The notes beneath the pieces are model-generated. The model was not told where the DNA came from and did not search any database. It saw only the letters and a program-made list of their open reading frames with translations. The translations under genes and the position numbers were made by a program. Shown here in pieces: positions 26,476 to 36,015 of a stretch of 64,000 nt of DNA. The stretch's first letter is position 1, and every line of letters begins with the position of its first letter. The DNA is from a virus: positions 89,494-153,493 of IMG/VR virus record IMGVR_UViG_3300031541_000012; one strand, written 5' to 3'.

Positions 26476-27440
26476 TTGTATCCAATTCGCATGTATCGAT
26501 CATAATGTACCAAAGGCAAGTCACCGCTAAACAACACTTCACTCATTGGTGTTGACACTGCAAAGTCGTATAGAGTTTTGCTTACGTTGACATGCTCACC
26601 AATATCTTCGAAGTTATTGCTTTGCAGAATCACAAGCTTGCCCTCAGGTATACCTGAATACCACTCATCAAAATTTTCAATGTGTTCGCAACTCGTGTTA
26701 ATTATAGTGTCAGGCTTTTCCACAATTGGCTTGCTTTTACGGTTATTTGCATTACTCCAAGCCGTCCAACTGTGCTTGCTAAAATCGATGTTGTTGATGT
26801 CATCAGTAATTGCTTTGAATCTCCAGTCGTCTGACAACCAAGGCAGGTTAAACTTTTCAGCAATTGGAGCAACGTCTGGATCAATATCAAAGCTACGTAT
26901 TACATCAATATCAAAGTCATGTTCAAATAGTAGTAACGACAGTATGCTGTACCATCCAGCGCACAAATACACTGTGCCTAGTTCAAGGTCAAGTGACTTG
27001 AGCTCGTCTATTAGCCACATCTTGCTGAGTAGTTGTCCACGGCTAAGTGAGTCCTTGTCAATCCTAGTCCCACTCGCATGGAAGCTTTTAAGTGTCTCTA
27101 CAAGTCTCGTGGGCTGTAGGTAAAGCAAGATTCGATACATGCTCCACTGATTGTCTTCAAGTAGAAACTTACGCAAGTCTCCTGTTTCAACACCTTCTGG
27201 TGTAGGAAACTCCAATTTCCAATCACCGTCTGTTAAGTGGAAAATTCGATGCCAGTTATTATCGCGGAATGCTTTGCGCAAGTCGTCAACGTCTACACCG
27301 CTCAATTCAACCATCAGCCTGTGTATGCTGTGCTCATCACGATCAATATATGCGCGGCGCAAGTCTCTAATTCGGTCGTCATATGGAAACAAGAGTTCCA
27401 TCCTATCTAATAGTTCGCCTCTAGTCAACATGACTGTCAA
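26472..27440 (-). CDS. SAM-dependent methyltransferase-like protein
   Basis: LCAGWYSIL glycine loop, RSFDID acidic motif, IINTSCEH and LQSNN. Confidence 0.65.
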   Translation of the reverse strand: MTVMLTRGELLDRMELLFPYDDRIRDLRRAYIDRDEHSIHRLMVELSGVDVDDLRKAFRDNNWHRIFHLTDGDWKLEFPTPEGVETGDLRKFLLEDNQWSMYRILLYLQPTRLVETLKSFHASGTRIDKDSLSRGQLLSKMWLIDELKSLDLELGTVYLCAGWYSILSLLLFEHDFDIDVIRSFDIDPDVAPIAEKFNLPWLSDDWRFKAITDDINNIDFSKHSWTAWSNANNRKSKPIVEKPDTIINTSCEHIENFDEWYSGIPEGKLVILQSNNFEDIGEHVNVSKTLYDFAVSTPMSEVLFSGDLPLVHYDRYMRIGYK

Positions 27441-28128
27441 ATATCTCCTTTAACCATTCAAAATCGTTGATCTTATTGAGTATACGAGGTTGTGCTCTAT
27501 AACGCTCGCCGAATTCACGGCCTTGCTGAGCCCCGGTAAGGCAAAACGTACCGAAAGGTCTCTTCTCGCCGCGTTCACACCAGACTCGTAAACGATATTC
27601 GTTGTCAGTGTTATCTCCGTTTGGGATAACAGCTGACGCAAGTTTAGTGCACTCTCTAAACGCACTCTTCCAAGTATTAAAAGGGTCAGTGTTAAAGGCG
27701 GAAACATTGCTGATTTGAAATTTAGGGACAAAAGTTGCTCCTATAGTCGTGGTCATATCCACGTTCCAATGTTTTGCGTCGAGCAATTTTTGTTTGGGAA
27801 ATAGCTTTGCAGCACCGTAACCATAAAGCAAATCGTTTACGGGGTTGCGGCTACGCCACACGTAAACACACTCAGTCTCAGGAACCGTTTCGTAAACAAA
27901 ACGGTCGGGGCTGGGTGTGAATTTGAATGTAAATTCTTCTTCGATTACTGCGTCTGCATCAATAACGTAGAAGTGGCTAGTTTTGCTTTGGCGGGCGCAT
28001 TCCTGATGTGCTTCAAATATACCTTTGATGCCGTGCACACGCTTGGCGTTGGGCGCAAACATTTTAAGGATTTCGAAGTTTTCATCAGCGAACGGCTCGT
28101 CGTAGCTCAGAAAGAATACGTCGAGCAT
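27421..28128 (-). CDS. glycosyltransferase-like protein (GT-A)
   Basis: DVFFLSYDEP, FYVIDAD (DxD), YGYGAAKLFP and WKSAFRE motifs; paralogue of 40184..41170. Confidence 0.65.
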   Translation of the reverse strand: MLDVFFLSYDEPFADENFEILKMFAPNAKRVHGIKGIFEAHQECARQSKTSHFYVIDADAVIEEEFTFKFTPSPDRFVYETVPETECVYVWRSRNPVNDLLYGYGAAKLFPKQKLLDAKHWNVDMTTTIGATFVPKFQISNVSAFNTDPFNTWKSAFRECTKLASAVIPNGDNTDNEYRLRVWCERGEKRPFGTFCLTGAQQGREFGERYRAQPRILNKINDFEWLKEIFDSHVD

Positions 28129-28145
28129 AGTTGTTCCTTTGTATG

Positions 28146-28174
28146 AATATAGCAGACTGACAAGCTGATGTCAA
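28146..28174 (-). promoter_or_regulatory. sigma70-type promoter
   Basis: - strand TTGACA (28174-28169), 17 nt spacer, TATATT (28151-28146), then SD AAGGA before ATG 28128. Confidence 0.75.
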
Positions 28175-28275
28175 TCGTAAATGAACGGATCCTGGTCTTT
28201 GAGTTTCTTGAGTAGCTCTGCACGAGCCTTCTTCTTACGTCGCTTCTCTAGCCAGTTTGTGAGCCATTTAAACAT
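28171..28275 (-). CDS. 34-aa basic peptide downstream of carbamoyltransferase (not in ORF track)
   Basis: MFKWLTNWLEKRRKKKARAELLKKLKDQDPFIYD*; start overlaps the carbamoyltransferase stop. Confidence 0.65.
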   Translation of the reverse strand: MFKWLTNWLEKRRKKKARAELLKKLKDQDPFIYD

Positions 28276-29752
28276 TGGGTGTCCTTATTTCAACGCCGTG
28301 TACCTTGCTCCAGCGTTGTGCATCTTCAAATGTATTTACCAAAGGCTCTCCCTTAATGTTGAGGCTGGTATTAAGGAGCATGGGGCAGCCTGTTTCGGCA
28401 TACCACTGTTCTAATAGTGAGCGGAAGCCACCGGCTGTGCCTACTGTCTGGACACGACTTGTACCATCAACATGAATGATGCCTGGGTACTTCGCGGGTT
28501 CTAGACAAGGTACTGCAAACTGCATATAATCAGCTCGCCAGTGACGATGCGGTATGTCGAAATAGTCTCCTACATGCTCGGATAATATAGCTGGTGCAAA
28601 CGGACGGAAACTTTCGCGCTGTTTGAGTCTGTTTACGCGATCCTTTACGTCCGGTAGTCTAGGATCAGCTAGTATGCTGCGGTTGCCCAGAGCCCTTGGG
28701 CCATACTCTGCCTTGCCAGTGGCAACCGCGCTCACACCATTTGTTTTGAGGTCGTTGATTATATCGTCGATTGGATATCCGCCCTCTATGTTTGTGCCCA
28801 GATATGCATCATTAAGTTGCACACGCTGAGGATTATGCGCAAGGATAGCACCCAAGCTGCTACCTGCGTCGCCTGGATTTGGTGGAACCCAGACTCGTTG
28901 GTATTTTTGATACGCTTGCGTGTTTGCAACGCAATTGAGTGCACACCCGCCTACCAAAACCAAATTATCTGTGGTGCTTATGTTGCTGGTATATGTCAGC
29001 AAGCCCTGCAGAATCTCTTCATAAATTCGCTGTGTTGCGGCGGCAATGTCAGCAAAGTCCTGTACTGTGTTTAGTTCAGGACGCCACCACATGCAACCGC
29101 GATGTAAGTTGTGTTTGAATGTTACGTTAAAGTTTTCTATACTGGGCAACTCAGTAAAGAAGTCATCTCTAATTGTCCAATACAACCGTGTTGGATCGCC
29201 TGTTGCTGCCATGCCCATGAGAATGTACTCGTGCTCTTGTGGCTTGAGTCCGAGTCGTTGTGTCATTGCACTGTACCACAAGCCTACGCTATTGGGATAG
29301 CTTTGTGACATGACGCGGCGCAGTTGTTTGCCATGTGCTCGCCAGTAACTGAGTGTTTCAAATTCGCCTATGCTGTCAATTACCAACACGTCAGCATCAT
29401 CGTATGGTGATGTAAAATAACCATACGCTGCGTGGCTGTGATGATGGTGTGCTGTAATTTGGATATTGTTGATACCAAGCTCATGCATATAACTGGCAGG
29501 ACTCTGCTTCCAGAGTAACTTGTGTTGTCCTGTGCGAAACTGTCTTAGCTTTTTAAGCCAAGGACGTTCGTAATAGTAAACACGATCCGGCTTACCCCAT
29601 TTTAGTGCTTCACCAACCTGCTTATAGTGCAAGTTACGATCGTTTTTGACGCGGCTGTATCTCTCACCATGACTAGCATAAACAACTTCGTCATCAACCA
29701 TAACTGCTAGCGCAGCATCATGACTCATTCCGCTCCAGCCCCAACGTATCAT
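28268..29752 (-). CDS. O-carbamoyltransferase (NodU/CmcH/TobZ family)
   Basis: SHDAA, HHHSHAA, DSIGE, GGCALNCVAN, GDAGSSLG, EYGPRALGNRSIL, FRPFAP, HVDGTSRVQTV and LNTSLN motifs. Confidence 0.93.
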   Translation of the reverse strand: MIRWGWSGMSHDAALAVMVDDEVVYASHGERYSRVKNDRNLHYKQVGEALKWGKPDRVYYYERPWLKKLRQFRTGQHKLLWKQSPASYMHELGINNIQITAHHHHSHAAYGYFTSPYDDADVLVIDSIGEFETLSYWRAHGKQLRRVMSQSYPNSVGLWYSAMTQRLGLKPQEHEYILMGMAATGDPTRLYWTIRDDFFTELPSIENFNVTFKHNLHRGCMWWRPELNTVQDFADIAAATQRIYEEILQGLLTYTSNISTTDNLVLVGGCALNCVANTQAYQKYQRVWVPPNPGDAGSSLGAILAHNPQRVQLNDAYLGTNIEGGYPIDDIINDLKTNGVSAVATGKAEYGPRALGNRSILADPRLPDVKDRVNRLKQRESFRPFAPAILSEHVGDYFDIPHRHWRADYMQFAVPCLEPAKYPGIIHVDGTSRVQTVGTAGGFRSLLEQWYAETGCPMLLNTSLNIKGEPLVNTFEDAQRWSKVHGVEIRTPNV

Positions 29753-30483
29753 AATGTATCCAATCGTGTTGCCGTGACACGGCCGTATCTTAAGTCAAAA
29801 TTTTGGAATGATCGGTTATCAACTACTTTGTGATATTGGTCGCGCAACTGTCTATAATTAGCAATGCGCTGCCCTTTGTCAGGACTTCTTGTGGCTAGTT
29901 TTGGTCCTGCATGATACGGACCAATTTGTTTGCTTAAAGAAAGCGATTCATAATCTGATTTTTTATCATCTTCTAATAGAAGATCTTCATATTGAATTAT
30001 TTCATTGGGTTTAAACATGTCACAAGCAAATAACATTTCTCTTACCTTTATTTGTAACTCCAATGCAATAGCAAATTCTTGGCTATTAATAGTCAATGAA
30101 TTGTTGTCGTAAAATGTCCATTGATTTGTCTTTTGACTAATAGCAAGACTTAATGTACTTTCAAACATATCGTTACGATAGAGAAAGATGTTATACCAAT
30201 CATCATTTATTCTTTCGCGTTGATCGGCAACAAGAAATTCATAATGCTGTATGTGATTTTTCATCAATACTTTAGGTAGTTTGCTTACTTTATCAACCCT
30301 ATGCTGTAATAATTCATCACGTTCAAATTCAGCCAGATGAGGAGCATTTTCTTCAGTCATATTGAATGGTTCATTGATCATAAAGAAACCTTTATGGTGG
30401 TGATTAATTGCGCCAAAAAGTATTTCATATAGATAGGTACTACCGCCGCGAGCATGTGATAAAATTTGTATCTTATTTTCCAT
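29749..30483 (-). CDS. sulfotransferase-like protein (Stf0-like)
   Basis: RGGSTYL PAPS-loop-like motif, NEPF, and LYRNDMFESTLSLAISQKTNQW resembling the Stf0 3'-phosphate-binding block. Confidence 0.6.
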   Translation of the reverse strand: MENKIQILSHARGGSTYLYEILFGAINHHHKGFFMINEPFNMTEENAPHLAEFERDELLQHRVDKVSKLPKVLMKNHIQHYEFLVADQRERINDDWYNIFLYRNDMFESTLSLAISQKTNQWTFYDNNSLTINSQEFAIALELQIKVREMLFACDMFKPNEIIQYEDLLLEDDKKSDYESLSLSKQIGPYHAGPKLATRSPDKGQRIANYRQLRDQYHKVVDNRSFQNFDLRYGRVTATRLDTL

Positions 30484-30994
30484 GATTAAGTCCAAATAGC
30501 CTATTACAGATCTGTAAATCCAATTGCTCTAGTGTTCTTGTATCCACCAGGCTTTTTAACTCTCTTACATTATGATCATTGAGAATACGCAAACGTTCAT
30601 ATGATTGATCGATCGCTGACATCTCCTTTAGCATACCTTTATCACCATGAATTAACAACTGTTCACCGTAACGTTCTTTTAAGTCATGCAATACACAGAC
30701 ATACTCAAGTATGATAATGATTTCATCATTGATCGTTCCGTCCAATGGATGGTCCTTCATTATCTTATGAGTGACATTTAAGTGTTTTCCATTCGAACCA
30801 TAGTATTTCCAAGTTGGAAGATTTAATACTATTAGCTCGCTGTCTGGTAATGTGTAGTTATCAATACGGCGTGACAAGTTGACTATATCTAACTTTTCTT
30901 CACGTGTTACATCAATGACAGGTATACGTGCCAACTGTTCAGCACTAAACGGGCATGTTGCACCAAACATATAGGCTTGTTCAAAAGTTTTCAT
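30473..30994 (-). CDS. hypothetical protein
   Basis: 173 aa coupled ORF, AT-rich. Confidence 0.65.
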   Translation of the reverse strand: MKTFEQAYMFGATCPFSAEQLARIPVIDVTREEKLDIVNLSRRIDNYTLPDSELIVLNLPTWKYYGSNGKHLNVTHKIMKDHPLDGTINDEIIIILEYVCVLHDLKERYGEQLLIHGDKGMLKEMSAIDQSYERLRILNDHNVRELKSLVDTRTLEQLDLQICNRLFGLNHGK

Positions 30995-31721
30995 CTATCG
31001 TTTTTTCAATTTTCTCTTGTATTTCTATTGCAAGTATGTCGTGTGCTTCAGGTCCCGGATGCCCGAAAGCACAACGTTCTATGCGATAATGATCCGTGAT
31101 ATCATCCAACCTAGCCTTAGCATCAAACATAATTAATGGCACTTCAAAACGATCAAACAGTCTGCGAATGTGATTGCAACTTGACTCAAACAAGAAATTG
31201 TTGTATGATGGTTCTAGGAATTCTCTGATCAGTTCGTCAGTAATATCTTGATGTTCTTCGCTCATTTCAGCAAGGCGAATGTTGTGCCACCAATTTTGGC
31301 TTTTGAATTTTTCTTCTGATTCCCACCAAACAGTATGACGAAAGCCAACACCGGTACCAACAACTGCAACTTCAAGCTGTGGCGGGTTATTGTATTCAAA
31401 ATATTCAATGATAGCGCATAGTATATGATCAATACTTTGACCAGGTTTGGCAAAATTGCGTAAACCAATTTTAGCCGCAACACATGCTTTGTTCAAGTAA
31501 CTGTAGTCGTTGCATAATTGTGAATAGTCATGATTGCGGTGTTGGACGATCCACTGTCTTCTAGCCATAAACGTGTCTGCTTTCATTTCAGGATATTCAC
31601 GTCGTGCTTTTTTTAGTATTTTGTCGAAATGGTGATCACCACGAGCAAGGTCTTGATCAGGCAACTCGTCGCCATAAGTGAAGCTATCTCCAAATCCAAT
31701 TATCCAAGGTTTATTTCTCAT
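30981..31721 (-). CDS. GDS(L)/SGNH-like protein
   Basis: IIGFGDSFTYG, RNFAKPGQS and GHPGPEAH motifs; true start likely ATG 31721. Confidence 0.6.
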   Translation of the reverse strand: MRNKPWIIGFGDSFTYGDELPDQDLARGDHHFDKILKKARREYPEMKADTFMARRQWIVQHRNHDYSQLCNDYSYLNKACVAAKIGLRNFAKPGQSIDHILCAIIEYFEYNNPPQLEVAVVGTGVGFRHTVWWESEEKFKSQNWWHNIRLAEMSEEHQDITDELIREFLEPSYNNFLFESSCNHIRRLFDRFEVPLIMFDAKARLDDITDHYRIERCAFGHPGPEAHDILAIEIQEKIEKTIDENF

Positions 31722-31726
31722 GCATT

Positions 31727-31743
31727 TATTTATTAGGTAAATA
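31727..31743. promoter_or_regulatory. back-to-back T4-late-type TAAATA promoter cores
   Basis: TATTTA at 31727-31732 (TAAATA on -) and TAAATA at 31738-31743 (+), in the 55-nt divergent gap. Confidence 0.6.
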
Positions 31744-31776
31744 CACGTATATAATTCCAGACAACAGAGGTAACAT

Positions 31777-33048
31777 ATGAGCAAACTGTGCGTATATCCA
31801 TGGATGCATGTGCATCTACATCCTAGTGGTCAAGTCCTGCCATGCTGTATGGCAGACATGCATCGCTTGGATCGTAAAAAATTCGGCAATCTAAAACGTC
31901 CCGACCAAGACTTGCTGGGTGTAATGAACGCTGAAGGGTTCAAAGAACTGCGCCGTACCATGATGGCGGACCAAGAGCACGAGATGTGTCGTATCTGCTT
32001 TGACCGTGAACGCGCTGGTTTGGACAGTATGCGCGTACAAATGAACGACGCTTACTTGCATCGTTTTGAGGACCAGATTGCTGCGACACAAGCAGATGGC
32101 ACGATTGATAGCTTTGACCCTAGCTATGTAGATTTGCGCTTTTCCAATACCTGCAACCTAAAGTGCCGTACTTGCGGACACGAATTGAGCAGCACTTGGT
32201 ATGAGGAACACAAGGATATCATCCTACGCCAGAATCCAAATGCTGATGTAAGTGACTTGAAAAAGTTTATCCGTGCTGACGAGTTTGATAAGATCAAACC
32301 ATTCCTCAAGACTGTGGATCGTATGTATTGGGCGGGGGGCGAGCCTCTCATGGAAAAGCAACACTATTACACCTTGGACTATTTGATTGAAATTGGTAAT
32401 GCGAGGAATGTTCACCTCAGCTACAACACCAATATGAGCTCTATCACATACAAACGCCGCAACATTGTGGAATGGTGGCGTGAGTTTGAAAGCGTAACTG
32501 TTGCAGCTAGCATTGACGGAATGGATGATGTATTTGAATATATCCGCACTGGTGCTAACTGGGAGAAGTCACGCGACAACTTCAACTTCCTCAAGTTTGA
32601 ATGTCCTGATGTAAGCATGTTCATTTACCCAAGTGCAACTGTGAGTATCCTCAATATCTACCAATTCCCAGACTTTGTTCAGTGGTGCATTGATAACAAA
32701 TGGATTGAAGATGGGTTTAACCTCTACACCAATTTTGTTACCTATCCTACACTGTTTAGCCTCAAGCATTTGCCACCGTTTGAGAAAGAAAAAATTGAAA
32801 TGACTCTGCTCAATCGTAAGGCAGGCTTTGAGCGTAATGGTGTTCAAAATGCTGCTGACGCAATGCAAAACTGCATTAACTTCATGTATGAAAGCGACGG
32901 CAATGACCGTAACGGTTGGGAACACGAAATGCTACACGCCCGCAAGCGACTAGACATGTTTGATGAAACTGCTGGATTGGATTGGAAGGCTAGCTTGCCA
33001 GAGCTTGCAGAAATGCTCTGCAATCTAGATCTCAAAGAAAACGATTAA
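31777..33048 (+). CDS. N-terminal-twitch radical SAM protein
   Basis: CVYPW...LPCC...CRIC, then CNLKCRTC and AGGEPL; SD AGAGG. Confidence 0.92.
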   Translation: MSKLCVYPWMHVHLHPSGQVLPCCMADMHRLDRKKFGNLKRPDQDLLGVMNAEGFKELRRTMMADQEHEMCRICFDRERAGLDSMRVQMNDAYLHRFEDQIAATQADGTIDSFDPSYVDLRFSNTCNLKCRTCGHELSSTWYEEHKDIILRQNPNADVSDLKKFIRADEFDKIKPFLKTVDRMYWAGGEPLMEKQHYYTLDYLIEIGNARNVHLSYNTNMSSITYKRRNIVEWWREFESVTVAASIDGMDDVFEYIRTGANWEKSRDNFNFLKFECPDVSMFIYPSATVSILNIYQFPDFVQWCIDNKWIEDGFNLYTNFVTYPTLFSLKHLPPFEKEKIEMTLLNRKAGFERNGVQNAADAMQNCINFMYESDGNDRNGWEHEMLHARKRLDMFDETAGLDWKASLPELAEMLCNLDLKEND

Positions 33049-34048
33049 GGCTTCCCAAAAACACACGCGAGTCCTGTAACTCAGGGCGACGTAGCTCTGT
33101 TAAAAATGCTTGATACTCTGGATGGTCCTCACGCCAAACGGCATGGGGGCCAAAATTTTGCCAAGTCTGCCAGTCGTTGATCAGTGTGTAATTGATTAGG
33201 TTGTAACGCTCAAACTGACTGAACTGTTGCTGGAAGTTAACCATGTCATGGTAGTTAGCTTGCTGTACCACAAAGCCATAGTTGATATCAATGTTTTGAT
33301 ATTCCTTAGCACACTCACCTAGATACGCTGCATTGTTTAAAAGTTGATCCCATTTTCCTGGTGGACGTACCTGCTGGTATATTTCACGAGTGCCTGCGTC
33401 GACACTTATATCTATTAGAACGATGTTGTTCCAGATTTTGTGCAAACTGTCCCAAACCTTGGGTGTGAACAGGACGCCATTTGTCATGAGATTGATTTTG
33501 AGATCAGGAAACTCTCTGCCGTCCATACGCTGTAGCATTTCACGAAATATTTTGCTACCAATCGCATCGCCGCTACCAGTCACCCAAATTTCCACAGGAC
33601 CACGGTCACACTGCTCAAGGACATATTCATAGATGCGATCGTTTAGCCATTTAGCTTTTTCGTAAAGTGGCCCTTCACTGTGCTGTATGCGCTCTACGCG
33701 GCAGCTAGGGCACCAGAGGTTGCAACTGCGGTCATTGTTAAAGCGTATTTTGTATGGGCGGCGCGGTACACTCAAGGTGTCAGGCTTGCTGGGAAGTCTG
33801 CGTCCGTGGATCTCACTGCACATTTCCTTGTTACAAAACTTGAAGCTGCCGTCCAACATTGTTTCTTGAACTTCCTTAGCAACATCACTGTTAATGATGT
33901 CCTTCATTTCACTGTCAATCAAGTTGCCAATGACTTTAGGCAGCCACGGCATACAACACTGAATAACATCGCCATTTGCCTCAATGCTGATTGAGTCCCA
34001 GGGCTTGTAACAGATGTGTTCTTTTAAATATTCGTCAATTGGTTGCAT
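33032..34048 (-). CDS. N-terminal-twitch radical SAM protein
   Basis: CYKPW...QCC...CNKEMC, then CNLWCPSC and GSGDA. Confidence 0.88.
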   Translation of the reverse strand: MQPIDEYLKEHICYKPWDSISIEANGDVIQCCMPWLPKVIGNLIDSEMKDIINSDVAKEVQETMLDGSFKFCNKEMCSEIHGRRLPSKPDTLSVPRRPYKIRFNNDRSCNLWCPSCRVERIQHSEGPLYEKAKWLNDRIYEYVLEQCDRGPVEIWVTGSGDAIGSKIFREMLQRMDGREFPDLKINLMTNGVLFTPKVWDSLHKIWNNIVLIDISVDAGTREIYQQVRPPGKWDQLLNNAAYLGECAKEYQNIDINYGFVVQQANYHDMVNFQQQFSQFERYNLINYTLINDWQTWQNFGPHAVWREDHPEYQAFLTELRRPELQDSRVFLGSLNRFL

Positions 34049-34886
34049 TTAAAAATTTCGCTATTCCAGGTTTGCACATTGCAGGCATATCTCTTTGCTT
34101 ATCTGTGCAGAAATGAATGTGTGCACTGTCCGGCTTCAATAAGTCCACGTTATTTACATTCCAACGCTTGTCAAAATATTCAACACCAGCGCCGGTTGTC
34201 ATGATCTGATAGACTAGGAATACTTCGTCAAAAGGTGTTAGGGTGGTGTTGCCAATTTCATGGATACGTGCCATGTCTGCGTTATGCATCCCCATCCAGC
34301 CTGTACGCTCCCCAAACTTAACATTGCTCAGTGTGCGGCAACTGAAGTCAACAAAGTCATCAAGGTCTTGTAGTGTAAAGAAGTCACGATGTACTTTAAT
34401 GAATCCAGTGTTGCCTTTATAGGGCGGTGCTGTTTCCAATTGCTGTGTTGTGACGCCACGATGTATGCAATAGTAGAGGAACCACACGCTGTCATAATAA
34501 GGACTATCAGTTAGTCTTGTCATCTTGATGTCAGTATCACCAAGATCAATATCAGTGTTGCGTAAAAACTTGCTGTCAAAATCCACAAGCAGGATCTCAT
34601 CATATCCATAACGCTCAAACATATGGTGCATTGCATACCATTTGTTCATGCCCAAACAATCACAGCGAGCATCTATACGAGTATCGCGCCATTCTGTCAA
34701 GCCATAAATGTCATTTATTTCGTCACCTGCCACTGCATAATCAAAGCCGTTATGTTGTGCAAACTCAGCATGGCTACGCACAATGTCATCGCTATATTGC
34801 TCGTAGAGATTGTATAGATGTCCACGATACAAGCAGGTCAACAATAGCGTTTTACTGTTTCTCTGACAATGATGCAATATTGACAT
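34035..34886 (-). CDS. glycosyltransferase-like protein (GT8/GT34-like)
   Basis: ILLVDFD (DxD), NTGF and DEVFL motifs; likely start at 34886. Confidence 0.6.
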   Translation of the reverse strand: MSILHHCQRNSKTLLLTCLYRGHLYNLYEQYSDDIVRSHAEFAQHNGFDYAVAGDEINDIYGLTEWRDTRIDARCDCLGMNKWYAMHHMFERYGYDEILLVDFDSKFLRNTDIDLGDTDIKMTRLTDSPYYDSVWFLYYCIHRGVTTQQLETAPPYKGNTGFIKVHRDFFTLQDLDDFVDFSCRTLSNVKFGERTGWMGMHNADMARIHEIGNTTLTPFDEVFLVYQIMTTGAGVEYFDKRWNVNNVDLLKPDSAHIHFCTDKQRDMPAMCKPGIAKFLNATN

Positions 34887-36015
34887 AGGGTGAAAACTCC
34901 GGTAGATAAGTTTGAAAGTCCTGGTCACGGAATCGGTCACGTAGTTTGCAGTCGTAAATGAAACCACGGAAGTGTTCAGGATTGTCAGGCGTGTCTATAA
35001 AGTCTAGGACTTCCTGTATGTTTGCGCGTGTCCAGGACCAGTCTTCTTTTTGCCTAGCTGCAACTAGGTCTCTAAATTGCTGCTTGACTTCTGATGGCAG
35101 GTTGCGAGCATTACTTGCCTCTGTTAGGTGCACATAGTTGAACCACACAATAAAATTGTTACGGCTGTAATAGTCTAGTGCATCAGGAATACCAAATAAG
35201 CTATAGCTACTCACGCTATAGCTAATAAGGAAGCTGTCAGCGCCCATGCGGATGTCTTCAATGTTTTGCTTGAAGTCAGTCCATTTAACTGGGAAACGAT
35301 TATACTCAAAGCGTTGCTCAATTGCATCGCCACTCACTGTAAACAATACCTGTTTGAACTCGCGTAGCAAGTCAAAGTTTGGCACAAGGGTTCCGTTTGT
35401 TGTGTAATTAAGTGTGATCTTTTTGGCAAGTCCACGCTCGACAAATAGCTCTAACACTCGTTGGTGTGTTTTGTCTAGCAGAGGTTCACCACCCATAAAG
35501 TCAATCTGCTCAATTGTATCAGCGTAGGTCAATATTGCAGTCCAAAACGCATCGTCCTTGTACCACTTATAACGTGACACATCAGCATTGCTGATAACGT
35601 CTACGTTTGCTTGTGGTAGTGCATTTTGTATCTGTCTATTTTCGCTGTTGAACAGGCTGCTACTTTCAAAGTTACAAATACGACATTTAAGGTTGCAGGT
35701 ATTGCCTAGCTTGATGTCAAGTCTGCGTGGTGCAGGTGACTTATACACTTTGTCGTCAAAATGTGGTATCTCACGCAGACGTTTGCTGGTATTTGTGCTT
35801 GCTTCCTCTACCCAACACTGGCGACAACCTTTAATCGCACGCCCAGATAGCAAGCCTGCGCGCACTTCATGCATTGCATCGCCTGTCCATATCTCTTCGA
35901 TGGTCTGATCATTTACATTACCAATGCTGCCCTCATAGATGCAGCATGGCTTGACTGTGCCATTGGTTTCAATATCAAAGCCCACAAAGGGCATTGGACA
36001 TAGGGTTTTACTCAT
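34852..36015 (-). CDS. N-terminal-twitch radical SAM protein
   Basis: CPMPF...KPCC...CRQC, then CNLKCRIC and MGGEPL. Confidence 0.92.
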   Translation of the reverse strand: MSKTLCPMPFVGFDIETNGTVKPCCIYEGSIGNVNDQTIEEIWTGDAMHEVRAGLLSGRAIKGCRQCWVEEASTNTSKRLREIPHFDDKVYKSPAPRRLDIKLGNTCNLKCRICNFESSSLFNSENRQIQNALPQANVDVISNADVSRYKWYKDDAFWTAILTYADTIEQIDFMGGEPLLDKTHQRVLELFVERGLAKKITLNYTTNGTLVPNFDLLREFKQVLFTVSGDAIEQRFEYNRFPVKWTDFKQNIEDIRMGADSFLISYSVSSYSLFGIPDALDYYSRNNFIVWFNYVHLTEASNARNLPSEVKQQFRDLVAARQKEDWSWTRANIQEVLDFIDTPDNPEHFRGFIYDCKLRDRFRDQDFQTYLPEFSPYVNIASLSEKQ

